A stretch of DNA of 25,090 nt from Chloroflexota bacterium (GTDB lineage Bacteria > Chloroflexota > Dehalococcoidia > Lucifugimonadales > UBA3495): NCBI GenBank assembly GCA_022568195.1, contig JADFFS010000031.1:1-25090 (forward strand), read 5' to 3'. Under the pieces are notes generated by a model. That model had not been told where the DNA came from, searched no databases, and saw only the letters and a program-made list of their open reading frames with translations. A program made the translations under genes and the position numbers. Positions 1-9,818 of this stretch are shown here, in pieces (the stretch's first letter is position 1; each line of letters begins with the position of its first letter).

Positions 1-32
1 TTGCTTCAACCAAAGAATGCCTCTCGGACGGC

Positions 33-1238
33 TCAGGGTCCGAACTTATTCAGCTTGCCGGCGTGGGCCAGCGCCAGCAGCATAACTTGAGTGGCCTGGA
101 TCCGCCCGATGGACCCCATCGCGCAGGTCCGCTCGTTGAAGGCGTCGATCCCCTCTCCGGTGGTGAGCTTGGAGTTGAGCAGAAACGGGACGGGATGCCA
201 GCTATGGGCCGCCAAAACCGCGGGAGTCGCGTGGTCCCCAACCACCAGGAGCACGTCGGGCTCCAGTTCCTTGATCTGTGGGATAAAGGGGTCTAGCTCC
301 TCCAACCGCTGGACTTTGGCATCGAAGTCGCCGTCCTCTCCGGCAGCGTCGGCGGGTTTGTAGTGAATGAAAAAGAAATCGTGGTCGTTGAAATGTCGCT
401 GCAAAGTTTCAACTTCGTCGGCGAAGGTATGGCCGGTGGGGATCACCTCCATCCCGGCCACGGTGGCCAGGCCGCGGTACATGGGATAGGCGGCTATAGC
501 CACTGGATCGAGACGGTAGACCTTTCCCATGGCCGGCAAATCAGGCAACTGGGCAAACCCCCTGAGCATAACCATGTTGGCCCGCTCCTCCTCGGCCAGC
601 AGTTGCTTGGCTTGGTCGAGGAACCGGTTGACCACTTGGGCCGTTCCCACCGCTTCCGGGGACAGGGGTTGGGCCGGCAAAGGCGCCACGCCGGTGATTT
701 GAGGGTCGGTTTCCGAGACCAGTTCGGATAATGAGTCTCCCCTCAGGCGTAGCACGAAACGGTAGTCTTGCACGGGGAAGACGTCCAGTTGGACACCTTC
801 TAGCTCGATCTGGCCCAGCCTTTCACACAACGGGGCACTTTCATTGGTCGGAATGCGGCCGGCCCGCCGGTCCACCAGCAGCCCGTTACTGTCCACGGTG
901 CAGAAGTTGCCCCGGGCAGCCACGTCCCCCGGCCGCAGTTCGACGTCGATGCCAAGGGCTTCCAGAGCGCCGCGGCCTATCATGTGCTTCAAAGGGTCGT
1001 AGCCAAACAGCGCCAGATGTCCCGGACCGCTGCCAGGAGTTATCCCAGGCAACACCGGGGTGGTCAGGCCGCAAGCGCTCTTCCGAGCTAGAGCATCAAG
1101 GTTGGGGATGCGGGCGGTCTCCAACTCGGACAGACCGCTGTTGGGATGGGCCATCCCGCCTAGTCCGTCAACCACCAACATGACGATCTTGGATGGTGTA
1201 GTAACGTAGCAGTCTCTCAACTGTTCCAGATCGATCAT
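33..1238 (-). CDS. apgM: 2,3-bisphosphoglycerate-independent phosphoglycerate mutase, archaeal-type (ApgM family)
   Basis: 401-aa ORF. N-terminal 'KIVMLVVDGLGG' metal/phosphoserine-site motif and overall length fit the ApgM family as I remember it. It lies immediately downstream of pgk in the same orientation, as a glycolytic pair. Confidence 0.75.
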   Translation of the reverse strand: MIDLEQLRDCYVTTPSKIVMLVVDGLGGMAHPNSGLSELETARIPNLDALARKSACGLTTPVLPGITPGSGPGHLALFGYDPLKHMIGRGALEALGIDVELRPGDVAARGNFCTVDSNGLLVDRRAGRIPTNESAPLCERLGQIELEGVQLDVFPVQDYRFVLRLRGDSLSELVSETDPQITGVAPLPAQPLSPEAVGTAQVVNRFLDQAKQLLAEEERANMVMLRGFAQLPDLPAMGKVYRLDPVAIAAYPMYRGLATVAGMEVIPTGHTFADEVETLQRHFNDHDFFFIHYKPADAAGEDGDFDAKVQRLEELDPFIPQIKELEPDVLLVVGDHATPAVLAAHSWHPVPFLLNSKLTTGEGIDAFNERTCAMGSIGRIQATQVMLLALAHAGKLNKFGP

Positions 1239-1302
1239 GTTTTGACCCTCACCCGGCCGATGATATCAGCGTTCGTTTCTTTCTACGACAGTATCGCGGC
1301 CA

Positions 1303-2499
1303 TCAAGCATCCGGCAAAGCGGCGATTCCGGGCAACTCCTTGCCTTCCAGAAACTCCAGGGAGGCCCCGCCACCGGTGGAAACATGGGTCATATCGTCCA
1401 TCAGTCCCAGTTCTTCAACAGCCTCGGCGGTGGAGCCACCACCCACCACGCTGGTGACTCCGTCCATTCCGGCGATGGCCTGGGCCACTACGCGGGTGCC
1501 TTGGCTGAACCTGGGCATCTCGAAGACCCCCATGGGCCCGTTCCAGATGATGGTCCGGCATGCTTGGAGACCCTGGGAAAACTCCTGGGCGGCGCAATCC
1601 CCAATGTCCATGATAAACCAGTCTTGGGGGACCTGGTCCGAGGGAACATTCCGCACGCAGGAAGGATCGGGGGCGAACTGGTTGGCCACCACCAAGTCTT
1701 GTGGCAGGTGGACTTGCACATTGCGTTCCCGGGCGCGGCCCAGGATTCCGTTGGCAAAGTCCAAGCGGTCGGTTTCCACGCTGGAGGCTCCGGTGTCCTT
1801 CCCCAGGGCATGCAAAAATGTAACTGCCATGCCGCCGCCGATGAACAGGTGGTCCAGCTTGTCCAGCAAATTTTCCAGCACCAGAATCTTGTCGCTGACC
1901 TTGGCGCCCCCCATGAGCGCCGCCAGAGGACGCCGGGGGGAATCCAAGGCCTGGCCCAGGGCCTCGACTTCTTTTTGCACCAGCAACCCCATGGCCGAGG
2001 GCAGATGCTGGGTCATTCCCACCGTGGAAGCGTGGGCGCGGTGGGCCACCGCAAAGGCGTCCATAACGAAACAGTCGGCCAGTCCGGCCAATCCCTGCAC
2101 AAAAGCAGGATCGTTGGCCTCCTCCCCAGGGTGGAACCGGAGGTTTTCCAGCAGGACAACATCGCCGGGCGCCATGGACGCGGCCGCGGCTTCCACCGAT
2201 GGGCCGACGCAGCCGTCAAGACTCCGCACCGGATGGCTCAAGAGCAAGCCCAGCCGGTCGCCCACGGGAGCCAGCCGCAGAGAGTCCGCCACTTTGCCTC
2301 CGGGCCTGCCTAGATGAGAGCACAATATGACCCGGCAACGGCGGTCCAGCAAATACCGAATAGTCGGCAAGGTGGCCCGGAGGCGTTGGTCGTACTGGGC
2401 AATGGCCTCGACACCTTGCTCAATGGGTATATTGAAGTCCACACGGACGAGAACCCGTTTGCCCTCCACGTCCAGGTTATCCAGGGTACGTTTACCCAT
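1303..2499 (-). CDS. pgk: phosphoglycerate kinase
   Basis: 398-aa ORF. It carries the classic PGK N-terminal signature 'KRVLVRVDFNIP' and C-terminal hinge/ATP-binding motifs ('GGGASLEFLEGKELPG'). Confidence 0.95.
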   Translation of the reverse strand: MGKRTLDNLDVEGKRVLVRVDFNIPIEQGVEAIAQYDQRLRATLPTIRYLLDRRCRVILCSHLGRPGGKVADSLRLAPVGDRLGLLLSHPVRSLDGCVGPSVEAAAASMAPGDVVLLENLRFHPGEEANDPAFVQGLAGLADCFVMDAFAVAHRAHASTVGMTQHLPSAMGLLVQKEVEALGQALDSPRRPLAALMGGAKVSDKILVLENLLDKLDHLFIGGGMAVTFLHALGKDTGASSVETDRLDFANGILGRARERNVQVHLPQDLVVANQFAPDPSCVRNVPSDQVPQDWFIMDIGDCAAQEFSQGLQACRTIIWNGPMGVFEMPRFSQGTRVVAQAIAGMDGVTSVVGGGSTAEAVEELGLMDDMTHVSTGGGASLEFLEGKELPGIAALPDA

Positions 2500-3514
2500 G
2501 GGTCCCGCCGTCCAACTCTTGCTGGCACAATAGACGCAGCGGTGTTAGCCGTTCCTGGGCCAAGCCGCTGCCGTCCAATCGTTCGATGGCCTGTTGGGCC
2601 AGCTCCCTGGCTTTATCCAGAGAAAATTGCCGGGAGCCGCTCTCATCCAAAATCGTGATAATCTGGGCAACATCCTCCGGCTGGAGCACTCGCTTCATGT
2701 ATATGTTGCCCAGCGCTCGTTTGGAAGAAACGGGAGCGTTCTCCAGAGCATGGATCAAGGGCAGCGACTTCTTCTTGTCAAGCACGTTGCTGGGTGTCAT
2801 TCCATCGCCGTGCTGTCCCCACAGGTCGGCAACGTCCTGGTTGATCTGCCAGGCCATGGCAAGAGTGGCGCCGATCTCGCGGAACGCCTCGCAAACCCCA
2901 TCATCCCCACCGGCGGCTATCGCTCCCAGTTCCGCCGAGCACTCCGCCAGCGCGGCGGTCTTGCGGCGGATCATGTCGTAGTAGGCGTGGCTGGTGACCA
3001 TTAGCTGGTCCTGGAATTCCAGGTCCATGTACTGGCCTTCGCACATAGTTAGGCAGGCCCGGTCCAGGGACGCCACGGCGCGTAAGACCCGGTCAGCGGG
3101 CACGTCCCGCTGGGCCAGGCGCATTATAGTTGTGCGTCCCAGGGCGTGTAAGCCATCTCCGGCGTTGATTGCCTGGGCAGGGCCCCATATCCACCAAACG
3201 CTGGGCCTCACTGCTGCTTGCAAACGGGCGGATTGGACATCGCTGTGCACCGCGACGAAGTTCAGCACCAGTTCGATGCCGGCGGCGCTGGGCAGCGCGG
3301 CATGGAAATCTCCGGAAAGGGCTTCGCATGTGAGCAGGGCCAAGACCGATTGGAAATGAAAGGGTAACGGCGTATCTTCGGCGGCTCCTTGCTGATCGAT
3401 CCAACCCATGTGATAGCGTAGTACGTCGTAGAGAAAGCCTTCCCGGGGCGCGAACACCTCTTTCAGTTCCGCCTCCAGAGCCTTCAGGTAGGGGTCATAG
3501 AAGGAAAGGGACAC
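2492..3514 (-). CDS. polyprenyl synthetase (trans-isoprenyl diphosphate synthase) family protein with degenerate first and second Asp-rich motifs
   Basis: 340-aa ORF. It carries the family landmarks 'KTAAL', 'EGQYMDLEF' and the C-terminal 'KKSLPLIHAL' lysine motif. The expected FARM DDxxD reads 'HSDVQS', and the SARM DDxxD reads 'QINQDVAD'. Confidence 0.6.
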   Translation of the reverse strand: MSLSFYDPYLKALEAELKEVFAPREGFLYDVLRYHMGWIDQQGAAEDTPLPFHFQSVLALLTCEALSGDFHAALPSAAGIELVLNFVAVHSDVQSARLQAAVRPSVWWIWGPAQAINAGDGLHALGRTTIMRLAQRDVPADRVLRAVASLDRACLTMCEGQYMDLEFQDQLMVTSHAYYDMIRRKTAALAECSAELGAIAAGGDDGVCEAFREIGATLAMAWQINQDVADLWGQHGDGMTPSNVLDKKKSLPLIHALENAPVSSKRALGNIYMKRVLQPEDVAQIITILDESGSRQFSLDKARELAQQAIERLDGSGLAQERLTPLRLLCQQELDGGTHG

Positions 3515-3628
3515 GGCTCTGCAGCCTCCCGGAAATGTTTTTAAAGGAAAGTATTTATATTGGGGAGTCGAGGCATAGGGCTCCGGCCGCCCATGGCTCC
3601 TGTCGCGCTAAGGCCGACCTAAACCCAC

Positions 3629-4267
3629 TCAGGAGCGGGACCCCAAGACCTCCTCAAAGGGAAGCGCTCCTTGTCGAATCAGCTTGGGGAATCCGGACGT
3701 TACGTCCACGATGGTTGAAGAAGTGCCCTGTGGAACGGGGCCGCAGCGGATTATGTAATCTACGAGGCCGCCCACTTGGGCTTCCACCTCAGCCAGGGTT
3801 AGGGGGTCCGGGCCGCCGCTGGCGTTTGCGCTGGTACCGGTGATCGGACCATCCAATCCTTCGGCCAGCGCCCGGGCAACCCGGTGGCCGGGCATCCGCA
3901 CCGCCACGGTGGGCCTGCCGGCGGTCAGCAGGTCTGGCACTCCGGAGGCTTTAGGGAGCACCAGAGTCAGGTTGCCGGGCCAGAACCGGCGGGCCAGCTC
4001 CAGCGCTTTATCGCTCAAAGGCTGGGCCACCATCTCCAGTTGCTCCCAGTTGCCCAGCAACACCGGCAGCGCCAGATCCTCAGGCCGTCCTTTGATCGCG
4101 AAAACCCGCCGCAATGCGGGCAACGAAAAAACATCCGCGCCCAACCCGTAGAGAGTATCGGTGGGAAAGACCACCACACCGCCCTCTTCGAGCAGGCGGA
4201 CCGCCTTTGCCACGCCCTGTTGGCACTCGGTGTCGTTCAACGATCGCCGCGGAGCCCGGTGCTCCAC
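3629..4267 (-). CDS. tsaC: L-threonylcarbamoyladenylate synthase (YrdC/Sua5 family, t6A biosynthesis)
   Basis: 212-aa ORF. It has the canonical YrdC motif 'VVVFPTDTLYGLGADVF' and 'AIKGRP', and the length is typical of a standalone YrdC domain. Confidence 0.8.
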   Translation of the reverse strand: MEHRAPRRSLNDTECQQGVAKAVRLLEEGGVVVFPTDTLYGLGADVFSLPALRRVFAIKGRPEDLALPVLLGNWEQLEMVAQPLSDKALELARRFWPGNLTLVLPKASGVPDLLTAGRPTVAVRMPGHRVARALAEGLDGPITGTSANASGGPDPLTLAEVEAQVGGLVDYIIRCGPVPQGTSSTIVDVTSGFPKLIRQGALPFEEVLGSRS

Positions 4268-4442
4268 TATACCTCCACCACACGCGCTCCCGCGTGCGCT
4301 GAGTATACCATAGTCACCCGGCCACCACTCTTGAAACCCCAGTTATGACAACCTGTACGCCCTGTGGTTTCCTGGTTATAATACTGGCACCACAACACTG
4401 GCACCAAAGGGTCCTCAGCCCCATGTTCCGGGCAAGGGAGGT

Positions 4443-6116
4443 GTGGCCACGACAGAAGGGAAGTTGCCCCGAGGGCGGCGCGTCGCCACCAGCGACGACC
4501 TGGAAGTTTCCGCGTATCTGGAGATTGCCAAGAACCTGGAGGGGGTGGGCGCAGAGGCGGAAGATGGTCTCCAGTCAGTCAACGAAGGCATCGTCGTCAT
4601 CGACTTTGGTTCCCAGTACAGCCACCTGATTGCCCGCCGGGTACGAGGGCACAAGGTCTACTCCGAAATCTTCCCCTCCACCTGCTCCTGGGAATCGGTG
4701 AGTCACATCAACCCCAAGGGGGTGATTCTGTCCGGCGGCCCCGCCAGCGTTTACGCTCCTGGCGCCCCTTCAATACCCGATTGGGTCTTTGAACGCCGGT
4801 TGCCGGTCCTGGGCATTTGCTACGGGATGCAGGCCCTGGTCCACCAACTGGGCGGCAAAGTGGAGCCGGGGGACAAGCAGGAATACGGCTCCGCCGTGTT
4901 GCATCAGAATGGCACCGACTCCCCTCTGTTTCAGGGGCTGCCACCGACATTCCCAGTGTGGATGAGCCACGGCGACCGGGTAACCTCGTTACCTCCCGGG
5001 TTCTCCAGCTTGGCCTACACCGAAAATTCGCCGGTGGCGGCATTGGGCGACGGCAACCTGATCTTTGGCCTCCAGTTTCACCCCGAAGTCAATCACACTC
5101 CCTTGGGACAGAACATCCTGGAAAACTTCCTGGTGCGCGCTTGCCAGTGCCGGCGCACCTGGACTGCCGGCAATTTCGTCACCGACTCCATTGCCCGCAT
5201 CCGGGACCAGGTAGGAGACGGCCGCGTGATTTGCGCCCTTTCCGGGGGCGTAGACTCGGCGGTGACCGCGGTGTTGTTGCAACAAGCCATCGGCGACCAG
5301 CTAACCTGCATCTTCGTGAACAACGGGCTGCTGCGCCTGGAAGAGCCCGAACGGGTGCAGGACACCTTCAAGCGCAACCTGGGCCTCAACCTGGTCTACG
5401 CCGACGCTTCCGACCGCTTTTTAAAGCAACTGGCCCAGGTAACCGACCCCGAGCAAAAGCGGAAGGTCATCGGCGAAGAGTTTATACGGGTCTTCGAGGA
5501 CACCGCTTCTGAGCTGGGCCACACCGACTTCCTGGCCCAAGGGACCCTGTACCCCGACGTGATCGAGAGCGAAACTCCGGAAAACCGGACTTCCGCGCGC
5601 ATCAAAACCCACCACAACGTGGGCGGCCTACCCGAACACATGCGCCTAAAGCTCGTGGAACCCCTGCGGTACCTGTTTAAGGACGAGGTACGGGAGGTGG
5701 GCTTGGAGTTAGGCCTTCCCCCCGAGATGGTCAATCGCCAGCCCTTCCCCGGTCCGGGGCTGGCCATCCGCATCATAGGGGAAGTGACCAAGGAAAAGCT
5801 GGACTTGCTGCGGGCCTGCGATTGGATCGTCATCGACGAAATCAAGAACGCCAACCTTTACGACCAACTGTGGCAGAGCTTCGCCGTGCTCACCAACACC
5901 CAAACGGTGGGCGTCATGGGCGATTTCCGCACCTACGGGTACGTCTGCGCAATCCGGGCGGTCTCCAGCGAAGATGCCATGACCGCCGACTGGGTACGCC
6001 TTCCCTACGATGTGCTGGCTAAAATGTCCACCCGGATCGTCAACGAGGTGCCGGGCGTGAACCGTGTGGTTTACGACATTACCAGCAAGCCGCCGGGCAC
6101 CATCGAGTGGGAGTGA
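4443..6116 (+). CDS. guaA: GMP synthase (glutamine-hydrolysing)
   Basis: 557-aa ORF. The GATase-1 domain ('[19 protein letters not shown]', catalytic Cys in 'LGICYGMQ') is followed by the ATP-PPase 'SGGVDSAV' P-loop and the C-terminal dimerisation domain ending '...PPGTIEWE'. About 45 aa precede the conserved start, so the true start may be a downstream GTG. Confidence 0.95.
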   Translation: MATTEGKLPRGRRVATSDDLEVSAYLEIAKNLEGVGAEAEDGLQSVNEGIVVIDFGSQYSHLIARRVRGHKVYSEIFPSTCSWESVSHINPKGVILSGGPASVYAPGAPSIPDWVFERRLPVLGICYGMQALVHQLGGKVEPGDKQEYGSAVLHQNGTDSPLFQGLPPTFPVWMSHGDRVTSLPPGFSSLAYTENSPVAALGDGNLIFGLQFHPEVNHTPLGQNILENFLVRACQCRRTWTAGNFVTDSIARIRDQVGDGRVICALSGGVDSAVTAVLLQQAIGDQLTCIFVNNGLLRLEEPERVQDTFKRNLGLNLVYADASDRFLKQLAQVTDPEQKRKVIGEEFIRVFEDTASELGHTDFLAQGTLYPDVIESETPENRTSARIKTHHNVGGLPEHMRLKLVEPLRYLFKDEVREVGLELGLPPEMVNRQPFPGPGLAIRIIGEVTKEKLDLLRACDWIVIDEIKNANLYDQLWQSFAVLTNTQTVGVMGDFRTYGYVCAIRAVSSEDAMTADWVRLPYDVLAKMSTRIVNEVPGVNRVVYDITSKPPGTIEWE

Positions 6117-6159
6117 TGGGAGGACTCTGTTTATCTGGCAGGATAGTTAAGCTTCGCTT

Positions 6160-7497
6160 ATGAAAGTTCTGATCGTCGGTTCGGGAGGGCGGGAGCACGC
6201 CCTGGCCTGGCGGTTGCAGCAAAGCTCGGACCTAACCGGACTGTGGGTCGCCAGCGGCAACGCCGGCACCGCTGGAATCGCCACCAACATCGACGTTTCC
6301 CCCGATGACTTGGATGGTATATCTGCCGCCGCCCGGTCCCTGCGCATTGACCTGGTGGTGGTGGGCCCGGAGATACCCCTGGCCGCCGGGTTGGTCGACC
6401 GATTGGACTCTTTGGGGATACCCGCCTTCGGCCCCACCCAAGCAGCAGCCCAGATCGAGTCTAGCAAGAGCTTCGCCCTGGAAATCATGGAGGAAGCCGG
6501 CGTACCCTGCCCCCAGTTCCGGACTTTTCGGGATCAGCAACTTGCTTTGGATTTTCTGGGGTCCCATCAAGGTCCGGTGGTGGTCAAGGCCGACGGGTTA
6601 GCCGCTGGTAAAGGCGTCTTAATTTGCGACGACCGGGCTGCCGCGGTTTCGGCAGTCCAGGACTGCATGAGCCAACGGTTATACGGCGATGCAGGAGACA
6701 CCATTGTTATCCAAGAATTTCTGACCGGTCCGGAGCTCAGCGTCTTCGCGTTTACCGATGGCGAGCACCTTTCCCCCTTGGTGGCGGCATGCGATTACAA
6801 ACGGTTGGGTGAAGGCGACCATGGACCCAACACCGGCGGCATGGGCGGCTTCTCGCCTCCTGAATTCTGGACCGATGATCTGGCCATGGAAGTTGCCGAC
6901 CGCATTATGCAACCGGTTATCCAGGCCATGTCCCGCCGGGGTATGCCCTATCGGGGTGTGCTGTACGCAGGGCTGATGTTAACGGCCGAGGGTCCCAAGG
7001 TGCTGGAATTCAATTGCCGCTTTGGCGACCCCGAAGCCCAGATAGTCCTCCCCAGGCTGGCCAGCGATCCCTTGGAGCTGATGGCGGGCTGCGTCGAAGG
7101 CCGGTTGTCTGCGGTCCCGGTCCTTTGGGACGCGCAGGACTACGTGGGGATAGTAATGGTCTCCGGTGGGTACCCCGGCAATTACTCCGTGGGGTTCGAG
7201 ATCGCCGGGTTGGACGCCGGCTTGGATGCCAGGTTTAATAAGGAAGAAAGAGGCACGATCGTATTCCATGCCGGCACCCGCGTGGCCCCGGATTCGGACC
7301 AGCCAACGGTGGTTAGTAGCGGGGGGCGAGTGCTGACCGTGGTGGGCCGGGGCGGCTCCTTGGCGGAGGCGCGGGCAACGGCGTATCATAGGGTCGAGGA
7401 AATCAGCTTCCAAGGAGCTTACTACCGCACCGACATCGCTGCGGTGGAGGGCAGGTCAGCAGTATGGGTTCCGGGCCCAGCGACTCCGGCAGGATAG
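6160..7497 (+). CDS. purD: phosphoribosylamine--glycine ligase
   Basis: 445-aa ORF. It has the PurD N-terminus 'MKVLIVGSGGREHALAW' and an ATP-grasp core ('VVVKADGLAAGKGV'). Confidence 0.95.
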   Translation: MKVLIVGSGGREHALAWRLQQSSDLTGLWVASGNAGTAGIATNIDVSPDDLDGISAAARSLRIDLVVVGPEIPLAAGLVDRLDSLGIPAFGPTQAAAQIESSKSFALEIMEEAGVPCPQFRTFRDQQLALDFLGSHQGPVVVKADGLAAGKGVLICDDRAAAVSAVQDCMSQRLYGDAGDTIVIQEFLTGPELSVFAFTDGEHLSPLVAACDYKRLGEGDHGPNTGGMGGFSPPEFWTDDLAMEVADRIMQPVIQAMSRRGMPYRGVLYAGLMLTAEGPKVLEFNCRFGDPEAQIVLPRLASDPLELMAGCVEGRLSAVPVLWDAQDYVGIVMVSGGYPGNYSVGFEIAGLDAGLDARFNKEERGTIVFHAGTRVAPDSDQPTVVSSGGRVLTVVGRGGSLAEARATAYHRVEEISFQGAYYRTDIAAVEGRSAVWVPGPATPAG

Positions 7498-8060
7498 CGC
7501 TACAGGAAGCCTACCGGCAGGCGCTGGCCAGTGGGGTGCTGGATAGTTACAGAACGCGGCGCTGGCAGCGCGGTCCGGAGTTCGCAAGCTGGCTCACCCA
7601 GGACCAACTGGCTGTCCTGACCGAAGAGCAGGCCCTGGCCCTATATCGGGCATCAGGAGGCAGGCGAAGCCGCGAGTTCGGGAGCAACCCCATTGAGGAG
7701 ATACGCGACTCTGTGGATTTCCTTCTTTTCGACACCATAAAGCTGGAGGGCCGGTTCGACGAATGCGCTTCTGCCGGCGGCGGGTTTAAACTTGAGGGTG
7801 CGGGCAAGGAGTTTGTGTCGTATTTATTATGTCTCAAAGACCCGAACCTTTTCGCCCTTTGGAATCCCCATTCTGATAGGATTTTGCGGCGTATGGGGAT
7901 TTACCCCCGTGGCCTGGGGAAAGGTAACCTGGGGATGGCCTACATGGATATTCTGGAGGCGCTGCAGAGAGTGCGCCAACTAATGGGCTTGTCCGACTTC
8001 CGCGTGGTGGACGAATTTGCTTACGCGGTTACCCGGCCGGTCAAAGCTCTCGCGGGATAG
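7464..8060 (+). CDS. hypothetical protein
   Basis: 198-aa ORF preceded by GGAGGG. It overlaps the purD 3' end by 34 nt. I recognise no family. An uninterrupted ORF in a high-GC genome is only weak evidence. Confidence 0.35.
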   Translation: MGSGPSDSGRIALQEAYRQALASGVLDSYRTRRWQRGPEFASWLTQDQLAVLTEEQALALYRASGGRRSREFGSNPIEEIRDSVDFLLFDTIKLEGRFDECASAGGGFKLEGAGKEFVSYLLCLKDPNLFALWNPHSDRILRRMGIYPRGLGKGNLGMAYMDILEALQRVRQLMGLSDFRVVDEFAYAVTRPVKALAG

Positions 8061-8129
8061 GCTCATGGCCTACGTGCAAACTTCTACGACTAACAAACGG
8101 CACTGACAAACAGGCCAGGGGAGAGGAAC

Positions 8130-8582
8130 ATGGCGTGGCAAGACACCCTGTTGGAATTGCGTGAAGAGTTGGCCGAAGCACGGGCTGACCGGCTCCAGCG
8201 CGCCTCGGAGGAAGCTGCCGAAATCGGCAAGCAGCGGGATGAGTTGACCCAACTAGCCGCCTCCCTTGGCATTTCCGATGTGCTGTCTGACATGAACCGC
8301 ACCCTACTGGATGGCAAGGGAGAGCTCGAGACCATAGTGTCCTGGGAACCGGGAGAGCAGGACGACGATCCTTCCCCGGATGACGATGAAGACGAAGAAG
8401 AGGCCGACGGCATTTCGGCTTTTCTAACCTGGGAAGAGGGTGAGGAGAGAGAGATAGCGGTGGACTTGGGATTGGCCGAAGATGGGATCTACCTCCAGGT
8501 AAACGGCGTGGACATACGCCGGGAACGAGAGGCGTTGGAGGTGGCCCTGATAGAAGCCTTTCGGGATGAGCTGGATATTTAA
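8130..8582 (+). CDS. hypothetical acidic protein (D/E-rich central segment)
   Basis: 150-aa ORF with the SD 'GGAGAGG' 6 nt upstream. It contains a striking poly-acidic run 'EQDDDPSPDDDEDEEEADG'. I recognise no family. Confidence 0.45.
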   Translation: MAWQDTLLELREELAEARADRLQRASEEAAEIGKQRDELTQLAASLGISDVLSDMNRTLLDGKGELETIVSWEPGEQDDDPSPDDDEDEEEADGISAFLTWEEGEEREIAVDLGLAEDGIYLQVNGVDIRREREALEVALIEAFRDELDI

Positions 8583-8620
8583 CCCGGATTTTAACGTAGA
8601 ACTCCGATGAGGAAGTTGCC

Positions 8621-9079
8621 TTGCCGTTAGTGGGTGTTATCATGGGAAGCGCCAGCGATGAGCCGGTGGTCCAAGAAACGGTTGATACCCTGGAGCAGCT
8701 GAACATCGACTACGAGGTCCGGGTTATGTCGGCCCACCGGACCCCGGAGAAGGTCCAGGAATATGCCACCACAGCCCGGGACCGTGGCATTGAGGTGTTG
8801 ATTGCCGCCGCTGGAGGGTCGGCTGCTCTGGGGGGCGTCCTGGCCTCATGGTGCACCCTGCCCGTAATCGGCATACCCCTGGCGTCCAGCGAGCTGAAGG
8901 GTATTGACGCACTGTTGGCCACGGCCCAGATGCCACCGGGAATACCCGTGGCCTGCATGGCCGTGGGGGTATGGGGCGCCCGCAACGCAGCTTTCTTCGC
9001 CGCGGAGATCCTGGGACTCAAACACGAAAGCATAAGGGAATCTTATGAGGAGTACCGGCGCCAACTCCGGGAGCGCTAG
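8621..9079 (+). CDS. purE: N5-carboxyaminoimidazole ribonucleotide mutase
   Basis: 152-aa ORF carrying the PurE signature 'VGVIMGSASD' and 'RVMSAHRTPE...AGGSAALGGV'. It uses a TTG/GTG start region preceded by GAGGAAG. Confidence 0.9.
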   Translation: MPLVGVIMGSASDEPVVQETVDTLEQLNIDYEVRVMSAHRTPEKVQEYATTARDRGIEVLIAAAGGSAALGGVLASWCTLPVIGIPLASSELKGIDALLATAQMPPGIPVACMAVGVWGARNAAFFAAEILGLKHESIRESYEEYRRQLRER

Positions 9080-9818
9080 CCACTCGCCGGCGGTGCTTAC
9101 GGACTTCGACGACACCGCCGCCGTGGAAAATGTGGCGGAGCTTCTCTTAACCCGGTTCGGCGACCCAACGTGGCACGACGTTCGCAGCCGGTTTCGCGCC
9201 GGCGAGTTGACCCTAAACGACTACCAGGAGATTACCTTCCGCAACATCCAGGCCGACCGGGAAACCATGCAAGGTTATGTCAAAGAACACGCCCACCTGA
9301 GGCCCTATTTCAAGGAGCTGCAGGGCTACTGCGCGGACCACGGGATTCCCCTGGCCATAGTCAGCCAGGGACTGGATTTTTACATCGAAGCCTTGCTGGA
9401 CAAAGAGGGGGTTTCCCATGTGCCGGTCCACGCGGTCAATACCCACTTTACCGGCCAGGGCATTGCCTACGAGTACCGCTACGCTCGCCCAGGCCAAGAA
9501 CGCCTGGGTAACTCCAAAGGGCTGGTGGTGGAGGGCTACAAGGACAGAGGCCATCAGGTAATCTACGTGGGCGACGGGATGTCCGACTTCGAGGCCGCCA
9601 CCAAGGCGGACCTGCTTTTCGCCCACCGGGTCCTGGCGGAAGAGTGCCAGCGGCGCCAGATTCCCTACCGGCCATTTAAAGACTTCCGGGACGTTCTTTC
9701 AGCCCTGCAAGAGTTGTCCCAGGACGGATACGTTGACGGGCACGGCCCGTCCGACGAAGGTCATGCGCCAACCGGCCCGTTGGCCTATCCCGGAAAAGGT
9801 GAGGATGAGGAGCCGTGA
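9045..9818 (+). CDS. HAD-superfamily hydrolase (PSP/MtnX-like subfamily IB)
   Basis: The nucleophile motif 'VLTDFDDT' and the C-terminal motif 'YVGDGMSDFEAATKADLLFA' are typical of HAD phosphatases. The real start is probably the GTG at ~9093 (V17) rather than 9045. The stop overlaps the purB start (GTGA). Confidence 0.6.
   Translation: MRSTGANSGSASHSPAVLTDFDDTAAVENVAELLLTRFGDPTWHDVRSRFRAGELTLNDYQEITFRNIQADRETMQGYVKEHAHLRPYFKELQGYCADHGIPLAIVSQGLDFYIEALLDKEGVSHVPVHAVNTHFTGQGIAYEYRYARPGQERLGNSKGLVVEGYKDRGHQVIYVGDGMSDFEAATKADLLFAHRVLAEECQRRQIPYRPFKDFRDVLSALQELSQDGYVDGHGPSDEGHAPTGPLAYPGKGEDEEP

Noticed and set aside
1340-2317. Long antisense/alternative-frame ORFs inside well-supported genes (e.g. 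1340-2317+, 1384-2313+ within pgk; 9857-10612- within purB; 15274-15915- within the cyclase-fusion gene; 18088-18840- and 19931-20686- within the SPFH genes)
   Set aside because: They are typical stop-codon-poor artefacts of ~65% GC DNA. They have Arg/Pro/Ala/Ser-rich low-complexity translations and no recognisable motifs, whereas the opposite-strand genes have unambiguous family signatures.
2492-3514. Polyprenyl synthase homolog considered as a pseudogene because DDxxD motifs are missing
   Set aside because: The ORF is full-length and uninterrupted and overlaps pgk by 8 nt, which suggests translational coupling. It is more likely a functional divergent paralog than a decayed gene.
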